Assembly: GCA_973895155.1 (NCBI GenBank)
Contig: OZ316899.1
Coordinates: forward strand, 6,079,241 to 6,143,240
Source of the DNA: Marsupella aquatica
Lineage: Eukaryota; Plantae; Marchantiophyta
Length of the DNA stretch: 64,000 nt
Reading direction: 5' to 3'
Position 1 is the first letter of the stretch. Each line of letters begins with the position of its first letter. This document shows, piece by piece, positions 60,609 to 64,000 of the stretch. Position numbers and translations under genes: made by a program. Under the pieces are notes generated by a model that was given only the letters and a program-made list of their open reading frames with translations, made no database searches and was not told the origin of the DNA.

Positions 60609-63600
60609 AATTCATATGATCTGCCTCCCTATGATTGGCTACCGGATGAAGATCCATTAAGATGGTTGAGTGTTTCTTATGGCTCTTCCCAGCACCCATC
60701 ATTCCCTCAGCCAGATCCATTGCAACCAATTGGTTCAGATTTGTAGCACAGTCCACTAATTCTGCTATGTCATAGCTTCGCTCATTGCCCCTCATGCCTC
60801 CTACCTTGGAGAAGAACTGTTTGCAAGCATCTGACCCTATTAGGTACAAAGGCACTGGAAGATGTCTGAAATTATCCCTAAACTGGATTATCAAGAGGAC
60901 TACAAAATGAACAGACATTTGAATGTCAAGGAAAGTTTGCATGGGTATGCAATTTTTGGAAAAGGTTATCCGTTGAGTGTTTCCCCCCACTGCATGGTTC
61001 CCATGAAAACACCACAGACGCCAAAGCCTCAAAAAGAAGCCCACTTTTGCACACAACACAATCCGCTCTCGCAAAGTGAGTCTAGTATTCATAAATATGT
61101 CCAAATAATCTGCACATATTCGAGTGTAAACCTCTGTCCCAAGAGATAAGCTCTATTCTTGCATCCAAACGCATCCGCAATGCCCTTAGTGTCTGACTCA
61201 CTTTTTGGCTACAGAGCCTTTGTGCACTAGCCCAGTTTTGCCTATCAGTCCGTTTTATGTCAACCTTATTCAAACCATGCTCACTTACATCATATAACTC
61301 CTCTAGGTGTATTAGGTGACTCAAATTTGCCATTTGTGATCCTAACTTCAAAGTAGGATCCTGGAAGTAGAATCCAATGGATTCACTAGCTTTTTCCCAT
61401 TGTGAATATAATCTTGACCGTGTAGCCCCATAGAGTGTATTAATGGTGTATCAGTGGTCATTGAATGTGTCAGTTGCCAACCTTCCCACCTGAGGTTTTG
61501 TCTTGGGCCTGGTATGCCTCTCCCTACATAATCCTGCAACATGAGCTTTCTCCTTCAAGAATCTCCATCACTTGCATGCCCCAAGATAGGACCCACATTC
61601 TCAAGGCAATGAGTAGTCCACAAGTCCTCTACTTCCACCCACCCACTTCTAACCCAATGAGCATCAAATTTATTGCATGTTGTACTGGCCACAACACGCA
61701 AGTGAGGAAACCCTTCAGCTAGGGGACTCACTATGATACACCTTGCTTGATGCCCTACGATGGAATTACCAAAAGCGTCAACAATGTTGTTGAAGCCACC
61801 TTCTCCTTCCCCCACTGGTATCTCCAGCCCAACCTTACATTCATGGTTGACTTTGCGACCGCAAAACCCTATGAGTGTATCATGTTTTGGCAACCATCTA
61901 CAAGCAACGGCAGAACTGCCCTTACATTCAATGCTCACACATAACTCTACAATTTTGAATGACAGAATGGCAGACCATCATTACCCAAGAGATAAAAGGA
62001 AGAACAAAGCACCTGACTGTTCGCTTTACACAGGTTTCATCCTCTGCCAAATAGCAAGGTATAGGCCCTGATATGTTCAGTCAAGTATTGATTTGTGAGT
62101 ACACCTCAGCAATAAACTGGAACTGCTCAGCATGGACACCAACTCGAAATACTATCATACCTCTCTTGTCTCATTGTAGGGTGTTTAGACTAGGGCCTAT
62201 TCCATTACTCGCAAGGCAATCAACAACGCGCCGACCACCATGCAAGAATAGTGTCTGGCACAAAAGCTTTGTTCCTGGCTTAAACCTATATCCCTCCTTG
62301 CTCTTGTTTAGGTTAGAAGCTATGTCTGATAACATATCCCATAGAGCACCTCTTCCACCGAATGCACCATTTTTATGTGCCAAAACTATGGATTGGAAAA
62401 ACTTGAACACTGCCACTTTATTAGGCTCTTGATAGTGAAGACACACTTCACTGATACTTGGGATCCGAAACTTCATCTTTACCACTTTATGAAAAAGCAT
62501 TCTCTCTGTTCTCTGCATAGTCAACATCCATTTCTTGTATGTCCTGGCTTGAATGTGCAGCTTAGAAACTGTTAAGTAACCTATCCGACGACCCTTACCA
62601 GTCCCTCTTATCCCTCTTTTCTCAGGCGCCTTGAACTCTCTACGCACTCGTGCTCGAAAGTCCTCCTCCTTGGTAATGCTAAAACACTTCTCACATGTTA
62701 GGTCTTCAAAGCCAAGCCCTTCATCTGATACCCTACTACAGTCAGAATGTTGAAATGTACCAATGATGGTACAAAGCTTACCACTATCCACACACAAGAC
62801 CTCTTGGTTCACAATAGGCTCTGTGGACCACACTGCTCCATTTCTTAAGGGATCATCTAACATTCCCTTGATTGGCCTAGTCTGACCACCAACCTTGACC
62901 ACATCACGCCATAGTCCCCAACACAGCAATGAAAAGGGTTCAATGGTACCTCTATCCGAACTGCTCGAGGCACCTGGATTCGACCTCCGGGTCAAAAACC
63001 CGTTGATTGTCCTTTGTTTCACATCCCTCCCATCTGCAGTACGGGGTCTTCCCGACCGTCCTGACAGTACAGGATCACCTCTCGCAGACTTCTGACTTCT
63101 TGCCACATAAGTAACATGACCACCACTGTCAATATGGGTTTGAAGGTTGGATTCCAAATTATGTTGCTTTGGGACCAATGTAAGAGTGTCTATATAAAAA
63201 TTGCAGAGAATTTTGAATTTCAGAAGCTGCAAGGGCTCCTTCTCCTGATCACCTATGACTATAAATGTCTCCCGCCCAACCAAGACTCTTTGTGAATCAT
63301 TGGCCTTCTCGACAATTTTCAAATGTTGCTCAAGTGTGGCTCTATCAGTCAATGTATTTGCTTGAGCCCTCCTGGCAATCTTGTTAGTGTCAACTTGCTC
63401 ACCCCTGTTCTGTGCCACATGAGATACATGCTTTGCTGAACGCAAGTGCTTGCTCTTGTAGTTGGTGAAGGCATTACTAATGGTAGTCCTATCCATCAAT
63501 CCCTTGGCGCACCCATCCTGACGAGTGTCACACTCTAAACATTCAAGTTGCCCACGGACCTGGTTGTCTTTGTCCCATGTGCTGGCCCTCCATTTGTGGT

Positions 63601-64000
63601 GACCACATTTAATGAACTCCATGTGACTCTTCAATTTTTCCACATTTGACAACCAGATTTGTTTGACCTCTTTTGTCATTAACTCTGACTCAAACCTAAT
63701 GTGGGGGTCAACCTCTTGCACTGGTGCTACAATAGGATGTGGTTCTACCTGTTCTACGTGGATCCCGGCTAGGATGTCACGCTGAACCTGGTCTACCTGG
63801 ATCCCGACCTGGATATGAGGTTCTTCAGTAATGGGAGAATTAATCCAGTCTAGACTCTCTGTCCAGGTCGGTCCATTAGAGGCATTGCTGCTCACTAGGA
63901 CTTGTGGCACCCCTGTAGGCCCATTACGGACAGGATCATTCATAGGTCCGTTGGTGACCGGATGACAATGATCTTTCCGCCACAATCTTCCAACCGATTG
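60609..64000 (-). pseudogene. P-element-like DDE transposase, N-terminal and catalytic part (intron 61898-62012; open at the window end)
   Basis: Motif order LAEDET - HASDGD - QDYIH (DxxH) - DRQNWASAQRL - SDAC[K]QFFS parallels P/THAP9 transposases. Two CxxC...HxxxxxH-like fingers lie N-terminally. Stops at 62171 and 61555 and frameshifts. Confidence 0.72.

Larger units (their letters stand above)
34943..64000 (-). mobile_element. Putative P-superfamily-like DNA transposon (other end beyond the window), hosting the copia and CACTA insertions
   Basis: Begins exactly where the family C 3' LTR is cut and contains a split DDE transposase with P-type motifs. Only one putative terminus is visible, so the boundary is inferred. 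Confidence 0.55.

Noticed and set aside
1-64000. tRNA, rRNA or prokaryotic defence systems
   Set aside because: Only short PBS complements of tRNAs are present, with no full RNA gene, operon or CRISPR structure.

Overview
The window is almost entirely a nest of eukaryotic transposable elements, and I see no ordinary host gene. A plant genome is inferred, probably a non-seed land plant, from Bianca/Athila-type elements, plant tRNA-type PBSs, CG/CHG decay and spliceosomal introns. The outer element is an Athila-like Ty3/gypsy (family C, ~877-34942). Its pol carries three same-strand insertions of relatives: a near-complete element A (7095-20579), an internally collapsed element B (21678-26534, TSD CTATG) and a solo LTR related to A (26877-30508). 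Its 5' LTR carries a 5'-truncated LINE. Its 3' LTR is cut at 34942 by a large inferred DNA transposon with a P-element-like DDE transposase that runs off the window end. That transposon contains a Bianca-lineage Ty1/copia (35124-41400, TSD AAAAA) and a CACTA element (43670-60608, TSD AAT), which in turn contains a full-length L1-type LINE (50320-57237, 16-bp TSD). Three observations stand out. (1) All three gypsy families have 3.6-4.7 kb LTRs that themselves encode a homologous ~880-1100 aa protein (novel N-terminal domain, Transposase_32/PMD-like domain, long coiled coil). It is duplicated in both LTRs, kept in solo LTRs, and shows synonymous-biased divergence. (2) The CACTA carries a SET-domain exon inside the first TnpD intron, in phase for alternative splicing to the same N-terminal zinc-finger exon. 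(3) A P-superfamily-like transposase occurs in a land-plant context. Most coding regions are disabled by C>T/G>A nonsense changes.
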